From a virus (taxonomy: Duplodnaviria > Caudoviricetes), in IMG/VR virus record IMGVR_UViG_3300048599_000293, positions 1 through 32,793 of that record: a DNA stretch of 32,793 nucleotides; one strand, 5' to 3'. A program made the position numbers and the translations under genes. The first letter of the stretch is position 1; each line of letters starts with the position of its first letter. The notes beneath the pieces were generated by a model that saw only the letters and a program-made list of their open reading frames with translations, did not search any database and was not told the origin of the DNA. Below, one piece after another: positions 1 to 8,796 of this stretch.

Positions 1-47
1 CGCTGTATTGTTCCGGGGCAAGACTTGAGACTGAAAGTCGAGAGCGG

Positions 48-248
48 GTGCACGGCACCGTCAAGAGCTATAACCGCGATCGCGGCTTCGGCTTCATCAA
101 GCGCGACAGCAACGATCCGGACGTGTTCGTCCATATCTCCGAACTGCAGGTCAACAAGCTCTACACATTGCAGACCGGGCAGCGCGTCTCCTTCGCAATG
201 ACCGAACACGAGAAGGGGCCGCGCGCATCCGACGTGCGGCTTGCGTGA
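48..248 (+). CDS. Cold-shock domain protein (CspA family)
   Basis: 66 aa with GTVKSYN...RGFGFI (RNP1), DVFVHIS (RNP2) and C-terminal KGPRASDV; GTG start. Confidence 0.93.
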   Translation: MHGTVKSYNRDRGFGFIKRDSNDPDVFVHISELQVNKLYTLQTGQRVSFAMTEHEKGPRASDVRLA

Positions 249-252
249 GTGA

Positions 253-885
253 GTGGCAATTTCGTCCGCGCGCTTCAGCCAGAAGACCGACAACAATCCG
301 CGAGCCTTCGCCGCAAAGGTCGATGTGAGGCGCCGTGTCCTGCAGGCGATCGGCGCCGATGCCGCCGCCGTGTTCGATGCCTTCGCCGGCACCGGAGAAA
401 TGTTTTCGGCCGTCTGGAAAGACGCCAAGCGGTATGTCGGCTGCGACCTCAAGCACGTCCGCGACGGCCGCATGATGTTCGCAGCCGATAACCGGCGGGT
501 GATGCGAGCCATCGACTTGTCGCCGTTTAACGTGTTCGATCTCGACGCCTACGGCTCGCCGTGGGAACAGGCGATCATCATTGCGGACCGTCGGCGCGTG
601 GCACCGGGCGAGCTGCTGGGCCTGGTGCTGACCGAAGGCAATGGCCTCGCGTTCAAGGTCAATGTCGTGCCGATCGCGATCCAGCAGCTTGCCGGCATCC
701 GGCGCGGCATGGTCGGGATGCACCGCAACCAGGATGCGGCGATCAACAAGACCATCGCGGGTCTCGCGCGGCGCATGTCATGCACCATCGAAAAGCGATG
801 GGAGGCAGCCGGTAAGACCGGAGCCTCCATGCGCTATATCGGCCTCGTGCTGAAAGGGCGCGGCGCGCTCAATGCAGGTTCCTGA
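253..885 (+). CDS. SAM-dependent methyltransferase-like protein (Trm1/TcmP-like motifs)
   Basis: VFDAFAGTGEM resembles SAM-binding motif I; FNVFDLDAYGSP resembles the DLDPYGSP motif of Trm1-type methyltransferases. Confidence 0.6.
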   Translation: MAISSARFSQKTDNNPRAFAAKVDVRRRVLQAIGADAAAVFDAFAGTGEMFSAVWKDAKRYVGCDLKHVRDGRMMFAADNRRVMRAIDLSPFNVFDLDAYGSPWEQAIIIADRRRVAPGELLGLVLTEGNGLAFKVNVVPIAIQQLAGIRRGMVGMHRNQDAAINKTIAGLARRMSCTIEKRWEAAGKTGASMRYIGLVLKGRGALNAGS

Positions 886-1054
886 ACAGTTCGAGGGCAG
901 CGCCCACGATCTGCCGCCCTTGGCATAGCTCGTCGGGTTGCGCGGTGCATACCCGGTTCATCGAAGCGAACGAGGCACCGCAGCGACCGCAGATGACGCG
1001 ATCGCCGAAATGCTTCAACAGAAATGCGCGGCGCGCCCCGGCGTCGTCGCTCAT
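869..1054 (-). CDS. Small Cys-rich hypothetical protein (possible Zn-binding)
   Basis: ATG at 1054 with GAGAG upstream, just after the radical SAM stop; CGRC plus two further Cys; fills the gap between convergent genes. Confidence 0.45.
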   Translation of the reverse strand: MSDDAGARRAFLLKHFGDRVICGRCGASFASMNRVCTAQPDELCQGRQIVGAALELFRNLH

Positions 1055-1065
1055 GCGGACCACTC

Positions 1066-1884
1066 TCAATGATGCTGCGGAACGCGCAGCGGGTTGTGAT
1101 AGTCGGCCGGCAGGTAGCCCTGCAGGTCCTTCTTGATGTAGTGCGCTTTGCCGAGGCGTTGCAGCTTGTCGATCATGCGCAGCGTGTAGTCACCCCAATC
1201 GGTGGTGCGCGTGATCTCCTTGAGATAGTTGGCGCGGCCGACCTTGTAGAGATCGACGAAGCCGTGCGTCGCATCGACGATGGCGAGGCTGCTGTCGCAG
1301 TCGATGGTGGGCTCCAGGCTGAGCCAAGTGAAGATGCCGCGTTCGTGGAATGCCTTGAGCGCCGCAATGCGATCCGCCGGCAGCGCCGCGCCGCTTTCCC
1401 ACTTCTGGGAAAAGCGATCGTCGAGGCTGGTCATGGTCGAAGCGAAGGCGTCGCGGTCTGGCCGAAAGAGGCTGAGGTCGCGCAGCGCGCGGGTGCCGCC
1501 CTTTGTGAGCGCACAGATCGCGAGACCGTGTTCGATCATGATCTCGAACGATTGCCGCGTAAGCGAGCTATCGCCCGGGTGGTACGGGTCGGACGTGAAC
1601 GAGATCATCACCTGATCGGTGATGCCGGCGGCCTCGTATTTGATGGCATCTTTCTTCAGCTCGGCGAGATAGCTGCGCCGCTCGATCGCGCCATCGTTGA
1701 ACTCGCGCCGATCCTGCTTCGTGATGAGCGGCACGTAGCAATAGGCGCACTTGTGGCCGCAGCCGCGATAAGGATTGGCGGCGAGCGCCGAGTATTCGCC
1801 GGCCTGGCCCTTCGGCGGATAGATGAACTTGCAGCCTTCGACGTAGCGACTGACACCGTCCGCGTTGGTTTTGATTTCGAGCAT
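1066..1884 (-). CDS. Radical SAM protein, spore photoproduct lyase-like family
   Basis: NPYRGCGHKCAYCY (CxxxCxxC), TSDPY, LTKG, RIAALKAFHERGI and SLEP motifs typical of the SPL-like group. Confidence 0.85.
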   Translation of the reverse strand: MLEIKTNADGVSRYVEGCKFIYPPKGQAGEYSALAANPYRGCGHKCAYCYVPLITKQDRREFNDGAIERRSYLAELKKDAIKYEAAGITDQVMISFTSDPYHPGDSSLTRQSFEIMIEHGLAICALTKGGTRALRDLSLFRPDRDAFASTMTSLDDRFSQKWESGAALPADRIAALKAFHERGIFTWLSLEPTIDCDSSLAIVDATHGFVDLYKVGRANYLKEITRTTDWGDYTLRMIDKLQRLGKAHYIKKDLQGYLPADYHNPLRVPQHH

Positions 1885-1963
1885 TTCGATTCGCTCCGCA
1901 TCTGAGAGTGAACCGAAGATTGTATTCGCGATGCCGACCCTTCGCGAGAAAATACGTCAACTT

Positions 1964-1996
1964 CGGACTGCTTGCGGTCTGCTGTCGGTCTGCTTG
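1964..1996. repeat. Three imperfect 11-bp tandem repeats upstream of terS
   Basis: cggactgcttg / cggtctgctgt / cggtctgcttg read directly from the sequence. Confidence 0.6.
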
Positions 1997-2016
1997 CCGT
2001 TCAACTTGAGTCAACG

Positions 2017-2553
2017 ATGGCGAAAAAATCTTCTGCGAAAGAAAAAGCGACATCTGCTTCCGCGAATCTATCGGGCAAGCAGAAGACAACTGGACGACCG
2101 CGAATACAGCTGGATGAGACGCTGATCATGCGTCTTTCCGAATGCGGCTGCTCGGTTGATGAAATGGCCGCGATGCTGACGCGGTCGGGATTGAAGATCG
2201 ACCGCCGCACGATCCTGCGGCGGCTGCAAGAGCCCGACTATCGCGAGGCCTGGGAAACCGGCCAGCTCGTCGGCAAGGCGACGTTGCGGTCGCAGATGTT
2301 CAAGCTCGCGCGCATGACGCAGAATCCGCACGTCGCAAACCAGATGTGCCAATTCCTCGCGCGACACTGGCTCAACATGAGCGAGAAGACCGTCATCGAG
2401 CATGAGGGCAGGATCGACGGACAGGTCGAGGTAACGAGTGCGCGCGAAAGGGTCCACGGCAAGATTGACGCCATCGCCGAACGCATCCACCGCCGAGTTG
2501 CTGGCCTCGCTGCCGCCGCTGGAGCGAAGGCGCCAGCTGGCGAGTCTGTCTGA
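2017..2553 (+). CDS. terS: Terminase small subunit (putative)
   Basis: ATG at 2017; GRP motif followed by an HTH-like segment (GCSVDEMAAML...IDRRTILRRL); lies immediately before terL. Confidence 0.75.
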   Translation: MAKKSSAKEKATSASANLSGKQKTTGRPRIQLDETLIMRLSECGCSVDEMAAMLTRSGLKIDRRTILRRLQEPDYREAWETGQLVGKATLRSQMFKLARMTQNPHVANQMCQFLARHWLNMSEKTVIEHEGRIDGQVEVTSARERVHGKIDAIAERIHRRVAGLAAAAGAKAPAGESV

Positions 2554-3859
2554 CGCCGAACTCTCCGCTCTAGAATTCGACTGGAAGTTCTGGGCTCGCA
2601 AGAACCAGCTGGCGCCCGCCGGCCCCGAATGGGCGACCTGGTTCATCCTCGCCGGCCGCGGCTTCGGCAAGACCCGCTGTGGCGCCGAGTGGATTCGGTC
2701 GGTCATGTGCGGGCCGACACCGCTCGCCCGCGGCGTCTACCAGCATGTCGCGATCGTCGCCGAGACCGCGAAGGACGCTCGCGACATCATGATCGGCGAA
2801 GGCCGGCCGACCGGACAGGGGTCCGGCATTCTGCAGGTCCACCCGGTAGACTTTCGGCCGGTTTACGAGAAATCGAACCGTCGGCTCGTGTGGCCGAACG
2901 GCGCGATCGCCTCCATCTACAACGCGACCGAGCCCGACCAGCTCCGTGGCCCGGAACATGAGGCCGCGTGGTGCGACGAGATTGCCAAATGGCAATATCT
3001 CGACGAGAGCTGGGACAATCTGCAATTCGGCCTACGCATCGGCCTCAACCCGCGCGTGGTGATCACCACCACACCGAAGCCGATCCCGCTGCTCAAGGAA
3101 ATTCTGGCCGATCCGGCGACGATCCGCACGCACGGGTCGACGTTCGAGAACGAGGCCAATCTAGCGCCGAAGTTCTTGGCGACTATGCAGCGCAAGTATG
3201 AGGGCACGCGCATCGGTCGGCAGGAGCTGAGTGCCGAAATCCTCGACGACGTGCCGGGCGCTCTGTGGACACGCGCCATGATCGAGGCCTCGCGCAAGAA
3301 CGCGCAAGGCCGCGCATGGACACGCGACAACCTGCCCGAGTTGCAGCGCATCGTCGTCGCGATCGACCCGTCCGGATCTTCGGGCGACGAGGACGATAAC
3401 TCGAACAGCATCGGCATCGTGGCCGCTGGTCTGGGCGTCGATGGCCGTGGCTATGTGCTGGCCGACCGCACCTGTTCGCTTTCGCCGGCTGGCTGGGGGC
3501 GCCGAGCGGTCGAGACCTATCACGAGCTGGAAGGCGATCGGATCGTTGCCGAAAAGAACTTCGGCGGCGCGATGGTCGAGCATGTGATCCGCACCGCCGA
3601 CAAGAACGTCCCGGTGGTGATGGTCAACGCGTCACGCGGCAAGACCACCCGTGCCGAGCCGGTGGCTGCGCTCTACGAGCAAGGCCGCGTCAGTCATGTC
3701 GGCACCTTCGGCGACCTCGAAGACCAGATGTGTGCGTTCAAACCGGAAGGGTATGTCGGCGGCGGCTCGCCGGATCGCGCTGACTCGCTGGTCTGGGCGA
3801 TCACCGATTTGATGCTGGCGCCGACCATGACCCACAAAGAGGAACGGATGCCCTTCTGA
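2438..3859 (+). CDS. terL: Terminase large subunit (GTA-like family)
   Basis: Walker A AGRGFGKT, LRGP...AWCDE Walker B, TTTP coupling motif, nuclease motifs VVAIDP and SPDRAD. Start uncertain (GTG 2438 has GAGG 6 nt upstream). Confidence 0.95.
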   Translation: MRAKGSTARLTPSPNASTAELLASLPPLERRRQLASLSDAELSALEFDWKFWARKNQLAPAGPEWATWFILAGRGFGKTRCGAEWIRSVMCGPTPLARGVYQHVAIVAETAKDARDIMIGEGRPTGQGSGILQVHPVDFRPVYEKSNRRLVWPNGAIASIYNATEPDQLRGPEHEAAWCDEIAKWQYLDESWDNLQFGLRIGLNPRVVITTTPKPIPLLKEILADPATIRTHGSTFENEANLAPKFLATMQRKYEGTRIGRQELSAEILDDVPGALWTRAMIEASRKNAQGRAWTRDNLPELQRIVVAIDPSGSSGDEDDNSNSIGIVAAGLGVDGRGYVLADRTCSLSPAGWGRRAVETYHELEGDRIVAEKNFGGAMVEHVIRTADKNVPVVMVNASRGKTTRAEPVAALYEQGRVSHVGTFGDLEDQMCAFKPEGYVGGGSPDRADSLVWAITDLMLAPTMTHKEERMPF

Positions 3860-5388
3860 TGGCAAAGCGCACGAGAAGGCTTGCCGCCGGCACCGCCGGC
3901 CAGGATGCCGCCAACAACGACAAGGTCGAGACCCCGACCAGCACCTATGAGGAGCAAAAACTCGGCTGGGCCTTGCCGACTGCGCTTATGGCCGGGACCG
4001 CGGGCATGCGCGCGGCCGGCATCGAATATCTGCCGCAGGAGCAAGGCGAGAGCAAAGACGAATACGACAAGCGTCTGGCCCGCTCGTTTCTGTTCAACGC
4101 CTTCCGCCGCACCGTCGAGACCGTCAACGGCAAGGTATTCTCCAAGTCGATCGTGTTGCAGGACGATGTCCCGCCTCAGATCAAGACATGGACAGAGAAC
4201 ATCGACTTGGCGGGGCGCAACATCAACGTCTTCGCCAGCGAAGTTCTGAAGGAGGCGATGCAGAAGGGTCTGACGCATGTCCTGGTCGACATGCAAAAGC
4301 AGATCGAGACGAGGGATGCAGCGGGCAACCCGCGCCCGCCGAGCGTGGCCGAGGTGAAGGCCGCCGGCCGCCGTCCGTATTTCGTTCACATCAAACCCGA
4401 GAACCTGATCGGGTGGCAGTCGGAAGTGAAAGACGGCGTGCCGACGCTCACGCAAATCCGCGTGAAGGAATGCGCGAAGAAAAAGGACGGCAAGTACGGA
4501 GAAAAGACCGTCGAGCGCGTCCGTGTGATCGAGCCGGACAAGTTCGAGCTGTACGAGAAAGACCAGGAGACCGGCGATTTCACCTTGGTCGATAGCGGCA
4601 CCACCACGCTGGGCTTTATCGCGCTCGCGACCTTCTACACGAAGCGCTCCGGCTTCATGACCGCCGAATGTCCGCTTCAGGACCTCGCCGATCTCAACGT
4701 GATGCATTGGCAGTCGAGTTCGGACCAGCGCAATATCCTTCATTTCGCGCGGGTGCCGATCCTGTTTCGTGCCGGCTTCGGCGATAAGGACGGCGGCGTT
4801 CAAGAAGTCGGCGCGAACCGCATGTTCACCGCCAAGGACGCGAATGCCAAGATGGAGGTGGTTGAGCATTCCGGCGCTGCGATTGACGCAGGCCGGCAAG
4901 ACCTCCTCGACACCGAGGACCGCATGCGCGTCATGGGTCTGGAGCTGTTCATCGGCAAGCCCGGGCAGGTGACGGCGACCAGCCGCAACATCGATTCCGA
5001 GGAGGTCAATTCGACGGTGAAGTCGTGGGCTCAGGAGCTGCAAGACACGCTCGAGCTGGCTCTCGACTATATGGGCCGCTGGGGTGGTCTCGGCGACGAC
5101 AAGGCCGGGCAGATCAAGGTCAACACCGATTTCGGCATCACGCTTCGCGGCGCGGATGACATCCGCTCGCTTATCGACATGCGCAAGTCGCGCGAGATTT
5201 CGCGCGAGACCTTCTGGAAAGAGATGAAGCGCCGCACGCTGCTAGCCGATGACTTCGACGCGGTGAAGGAAGCCGTAGAACTCGAAACCGAGGCCGAATC
5301 CTTGGCCAACATTCCGCCGGCCAGCGGCGACAACCAAGGCGGCAACGCTGGCGCGGGTGACAATGCCGCCGGCGGCGCCGAGGCATAG
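3859..5388 (+). CDS. Portal protein (DUF4055-like)
   Basis: Follows terL; MRAAGIEYLPQ...ESKDEYDKRL N-terminus, PLQDLADLNVMHWQSSSDQRNILH and ISRETFW motifs. Confidence 0.88.
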   Translation: MAKRTRRLAAGTAGQDAANNDKVETPTSTYEEQKLGWALPTALMAGTAGMRAAGIEYLPQEQGESKDEYDKRLARSFLFNAFRRTVETVNGKVFSKSIVLQDDVPPQIKTWTENIDLAGRNINVFASEVLKEAMQKGLTHVLVDMQKQIETRDAAGNPRPPSVAEVKAAGRRPYFVHIKPENLIGWQSEVKDGVPTLTQIRVKECAKKKDGKYGEKTVERVRVIEPDKFELYEKDQETGDFTLVDSGTTTLGFIALATFYTKRSGFMTAECPLQDLADLNVMHWQSSSDQRNILHFARVPILFRAGFGDKDGGVQEVGANRMFTAKDANAKMEVVEHSGAAIDAGRQDLLDTEDRMRVMGLELFIGKPGQVTATSRNIDSEEVNSTVKSWAQELQDTLELALDYMGRWGGLGDDKAGQIKVNTDFGITLRGADDIRSLIDMRKSREISRETFWKEMKRRTLLADDFDAVKEAVELETEAESLANIPPASGDNQGGNAGAGDNAAGGAEA

Positions 5389-5390
5389 TG

Positions 5391-6464
5391 ATGGCCGTCA
5401 ATGACGACATTGCCGACCTTCAGGTCCGGCACATGGTCGGCTTGCAGCGTTACTCCACCAGCGTGGTGCGCAAGATCATAGCGTTGCTCAACCGGGTTGA
5501 GCCCGACCTGATCGCGCAAATCCTGAAGCGCGACCCGACCGCGGTCAGCGGCGAGTTTTCGCAGCGTCGCCTTGAAGCCCTGCTGGAAGCGATCCGCGAG
5601 ATCAACGCCGCCGCCTATCGAGAGGTGCAGCGCGACCTGCGGGACGAACTAGGCCAGCTCGCGGTCTATGAGACCTCGTTCCAGCAGCGCCTGGTCGGCG
5701 GCGCAATCACGGTCGAACTCGACGTAGTGACGCCATCGGCCCAGCAGCTGAAGGCAGCGGTGCTGGCCCGCCCGCTCCAAGGCCGCCTTCTAAAGGAATG
5801 GGCGCAAGGCCTCGAACAGCAAGCCTATGTCCGGGTGCGCGATGCCATCCGCATGGGCTTCGTGCAGGGCGAGACCATCGACCAGATGGTGAGACGCATT
5901 CGCGGCACGAAGGCCGCCAGCTTCGCGGACGGCGTCCTCGAAATCTCCCGGCGCGCGGCCGAGCGCGTTGTCAGGACTGCGGTCAATCACACCGCCAACT
6001 ATGCGCGCGAGCTGTTCTACGCCGAGAACGACGACCTCATCAAAGGTGTGATGTGGGTTGCCACTCTCGACACCAGGACCTGCACCGAATGCATGGCCCT
6101 CGACAAACAGGAGTTCGACGTTGACGAGGGGCCGCGCCCGCCCCTGCACCTCAACTGCCGGTGCACGACAACGCCGATCACCAAAAGCTGGAAGGAGCTT
6201 GGCATCAATCTGCCGGAAGCGCCGGAAGGCACGCGCGCCAGCATGAACGGACAGGTCCCGGCCTCTCTCAGCTACAACGAATGGCTAAAGAACCAGACCG
6301 CCGCGGTCCAGGACGAAGCTCTCGGGCCGACCCGGGGCGCACTCTTCCGAAAGGGCGGCCTCCCCGTCGATCGCTTCGTCAACCGCAACGGCGATCAGAT
6401 CACGCTCGATGAGCTGGAGGAGCAAGAGGCCGCAGCGTTCCGGAAAGCCGGGCTCGCCGCATGA
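5391..6464 (+). CDS. Minor head / head morphogenesis protein (SPP1 gp7 / Mu F family)
   Basis: VVRTAVNH, WVATLDTRT...C and PPLHLNCRC motifs; follows the portal gene. Confidence 0.9.
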   Translation: MAVNDDIADLQVRHMVGLQRYSTSVVRKIIALLNRVEPDLIAQILKRDPTAVSGEFSQRRLEALLEAIREINAAAYREVQRDLRDELGQLAVYETSFQQRLVGGAITVELDVVTPSAQQLKAAVLARPLQGRLLKEWAQGLEQQAYVRVRDAIRMGFVQGETIDQMVRRIRGTKAASFADGVLEISRRAAERVVRTAVNHTANYARELFYAENDDLIKGVMWVATLDTRTCTECMALDKQEFDVDEGPRPPLHLNCRCTTTPITKSWKELGINLPEAPEGTRASMNGQVPASLSYNEWLKNQTAAVQDEALGPTRGALFRKGGLPVDRFVNRNGDQITLDELEEQEAAAFRKAGLAA

Positions 6465-7036
6465 TCCGCCGCCGCTTCCTGCAGATGCTTGGCTTCGCGC
6501 CCGTCGTAGCCCCGATGGCGGCTGCCGCCGCGACCGAGACAGCGACGCACTTGGGCTTCGCCGGCGGCGAGTTTATTGGGCCCGGCGTGCCGACGCATGT
6601 CTTCGGTGAAGCTGCGAGCGATTACGTGATGCCGCGCGATACGGTAGAGCGAATGTCGGCCAAGGGAATGACCTTCGATAACGTCGGGATCAAACCGCAG
6701 GAGCTGTCAGAAATAGCCCGAATTTCGGGCATGGAAGGCCCTGCCGGCTGCGGCTATGATGCGGCGATGCCAGATGAAGACCGCAAGCTGACCGTGATCG
6801 ACGGCGACCGCCCAGCCGATCGGCCGCGCGCCGGTCGTCGTCGCGATATCGCCGAAGACGAGCAAGTGACGTGCTGGCGCTGCCTCGCCGATATCAAGGT
6901 CGAGACCTCGGCGGTCGTGCCGGTCACTCTGGCGCCGCGCCGCACGCCGGACGGCAGGAAGACCGGCGGCACCAAGATTTGGGCCTGCGCGCATTGCCTA
7001 GCGCGCGGCGTCGTCACCGAGCTGATCGGCTCCTAA
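6461..7036 (+). CDS. Hypothetical protein with a twin-arginine-like N-terminus and a C-terminal CxxC...CxxC Zn-ribbon-like domain
   Basis: ATGA overlap with the upstream gene; MIRRRFLQ start; CWRC and CAHC near the end; possible internal start at ATG 6767. Confidence 0.6.
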   Translation: MIRRRFLQMLGFAPVVAPMAAAAATETATHLGFAGGEFIGPGVPTHVFGEAASDYVMPRDTVERMSAKGMTFDNVGIKPQELSEIARISGMEGPAGCGYDAAMPDEDRKLTVIDGDRPADRPRAGRRRDIAEDEQVTCWRCLADIKVETSAVVPVTLAPRRTPDGRKTGGTKIWACAHCLARGVVTELIGS

Positions 7037-7051
7037 CCGCAACGGACATCG

Positions 7052-8131
7052 ATGGACCTTGGGGCGCGACGGCGACGCACGCTGTTTCGCGAGTGCTTCC
7101 GCCATTTGCCGGAGGTCAAGCGCAAGCGGATAGCGCCGACGCCGGCGAACGATATGCGCCTGCACCGTCTCGAGCGGCCGGAGCCTTGGGAGCTTGAGGT
7201 CCTTGACGCGATCGCCGACATGCCGGAGACCGCGGTCAACCACTACCCGGACTATGCGGCCTTCTATCGCCGGCTGGCAGACTTCGTCGGCATTGGTCCG
7301 GATCAGATCGTGGTCGGTCAGGGTATCGAGGAATTCATCCGCACGCTGGTGCTGCTCTGCTGCGAGCCCGGCGAAGAATTCGCCTACACATGGCCGACCT
7401 GCGCGATGTTCGATGTCTACGCCGAGGTCTTCGGCGCAAAGCCGTGCCGCATCGTCACAGATCCGGCCCGACCGCTGCGGGCCGAGGACATCAAGCTGTC
7501 GGCCGCCACTCGCCTGCTGATCCTGCCGAACCCGGGCCAGCCGGTCGACGAGTGTTTCTCGATCGAGGAATTGCGCGCGATCGCGGCGCTCTGCGAGAGC
7601 ATCGGCGCCGTGCTTGCCATCGATGAGGCGTATCACTGGTTCGGCGCGCCGTCGGCTTTGGCGCTGACCATGGAATTCGACAACGTGGTGGTGCTGCGCA
7701 CTTTCTCGAAGGCGTTCGGTGCTGCAGGCCTGCGCGTCGGCTTCGCGATCGGCAGCCAGCAAATCGTGAGGACCCTCGACGCCATCCGGTTGTCGGGAGA
7801 GATCGGCGGCCCGTCGATACACGCGGCCACGGTGCTGATGGACCGGTGGGAAAGCCACATCCTGCCGGGCATCGCCCGCGTCGTCGCCGGTCGTGACTGG
7901 CTGCGCCAGAAGCTCGAAAGCGAGGGCTTCCCGGCGCGCGGGCGTTGGGCGAACCACGTTCTCGCCAACCTGTGCGACGCGAGAGTGGCCGACGCGACCG
8001 CGACCAGGCTGAAGGCGCGCGGCGTTCATGTTCGAGTGAACGAGCCGCCGCTTCATCGTCACCTGCTCATCACCTGCGGCAGCGTCGACCTGATGCGCCG
8101 GTTCTATCGGGAGTTCAGGGCCGCCCTATGA
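7052..8131 (+). CDS. PLP-dependent enzyme, aminotransferase class I/II (HisC/CobD-like)
   Basis: YPD, LPNPGQP, IDEAY and LRTFSKAFGAAGLRVG (PLP lysine) motifs. Confidence 0.92.
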   Translation: MDLGARRRRTLFRECFRHLPEVKRKRIAPTPANDMRLHRLERPEPWELEVLDAIADMPETAVNHYPDYAAFYRRLADFVGIGPDQIVVGQGIEEFIRTLVLLCCEPGEEFAYTWPTCAMFDVYAEVFGAKPCRIVTDPARPLRAEDIKLSAATRLLILPNPGQPVDECFSIEELRAIAALCESIGAVLAIDEAYHWFGAPSALALTMEFDNVVVLRTFSKAFGAAGLRVGFAIGSQQIVRTLDAIRLSGEIGGPSIHAATVLMDRWESHILPGIARVVAGRDWLRQKLESEGFPARGRWANHVLANLCDARVADATATRLKARGVHVRVNEPPLHRHLLITCGSVDLMRRFYREFRAAL

Positions 8132-8796
8132 GTGAGTTCGTTTTCGCTGAGAAAGACGGCGCGCTGCAATTCGTCGGCGACTTCGACGCGCTGTATCGAT
8201 CCGAGCGCGACCCGTGGTTTCAAGGCGACGATCGCGGGCCGATGGCGGCGTACTATCTGGCGTCGCGGCGGCGCATCGTCCGCGCGCTGTTCGAGACTAG
8301 GGCCACGCCTTCCGGGCGCGGGCTCGAAATCGGATGCGGCCACGGGCACGCCATTCGTCATCTTCGCTGTCACAGCCCGGTCCATCGTTGGACCGGGATC
8401 GACATATCGAAGGTCGCGATCGAGCAAGCGCGCGAGCTGTGCCGCGGGGTCGAGTTCGGGGTTTGCGACATCAGGATCGAGCCGCCGCACTTCGAGCCGT
8501 TCGATGTCGTCGTGATGAACCAGATCCTCTGGTACGTCCTCACCAAGATCGACGCCACGGTCCATAACGCTGGCCGCAAGCTGAACACCGGCGGCCTCTT
8601 TGTGGTCTCACAGGCCTTTCTGACCGGCGAGCAACGTTTCGGCCGCGACATCGCCGATGGCTTCGTCGGAACGCTTCGTCTCTTCCTCGACCGTTACAAG
8701 TGGCTGAGTTTGCTGTTCGCGGACTACGAAGACACCTCGGCGCATCAGCACAACGACGGCGTCCTTGTTTTTCGAAAGATCGCCAATGCTGACTGA
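8128..8796 (+). CDS. Class I SAM-dependent methyltransferase (NodS-like features)
   Basis: ATG 8128 overlaps the upstream stop (ATGA); RDPW, GLEIGCGHG, GIDIS and FDVVVMNQILWY motifs. Confidence 0.88.
   Translation: MSEFVFAEKDGALQFVGDFDALYRSERDPWFQGDDRGPMAAYYLASRRRIVRALFETRATPSGRGLEIGCGHGHAIRHLRCHSPVHRWTGIDISKVAIEQARELCRGVEFGVCDIRIEPPHFEPFDVVVMNQILWYVLTKIDATVHNAGRKLNTGGLFVVSQAFLTGEQRFGRDIADGFVGTLRLFLDRYKWLSLLFADYEDTSAHQHNDGVLVFRKIANAD

Noticed and set aside
1024-1905. 293-aa + strand ORF
   Set aside because: Shadow of the - strand radical SAM gene, which has clear catalytic motifs.
7052-8131. Calling the PLP enzyme hisC or cobD as a host metabolic gene
   Set aside because: No other his or cob genes nearby; it is coupled to the methyltransferase inside the phage operon, and its substrate cannot be read from motifs.
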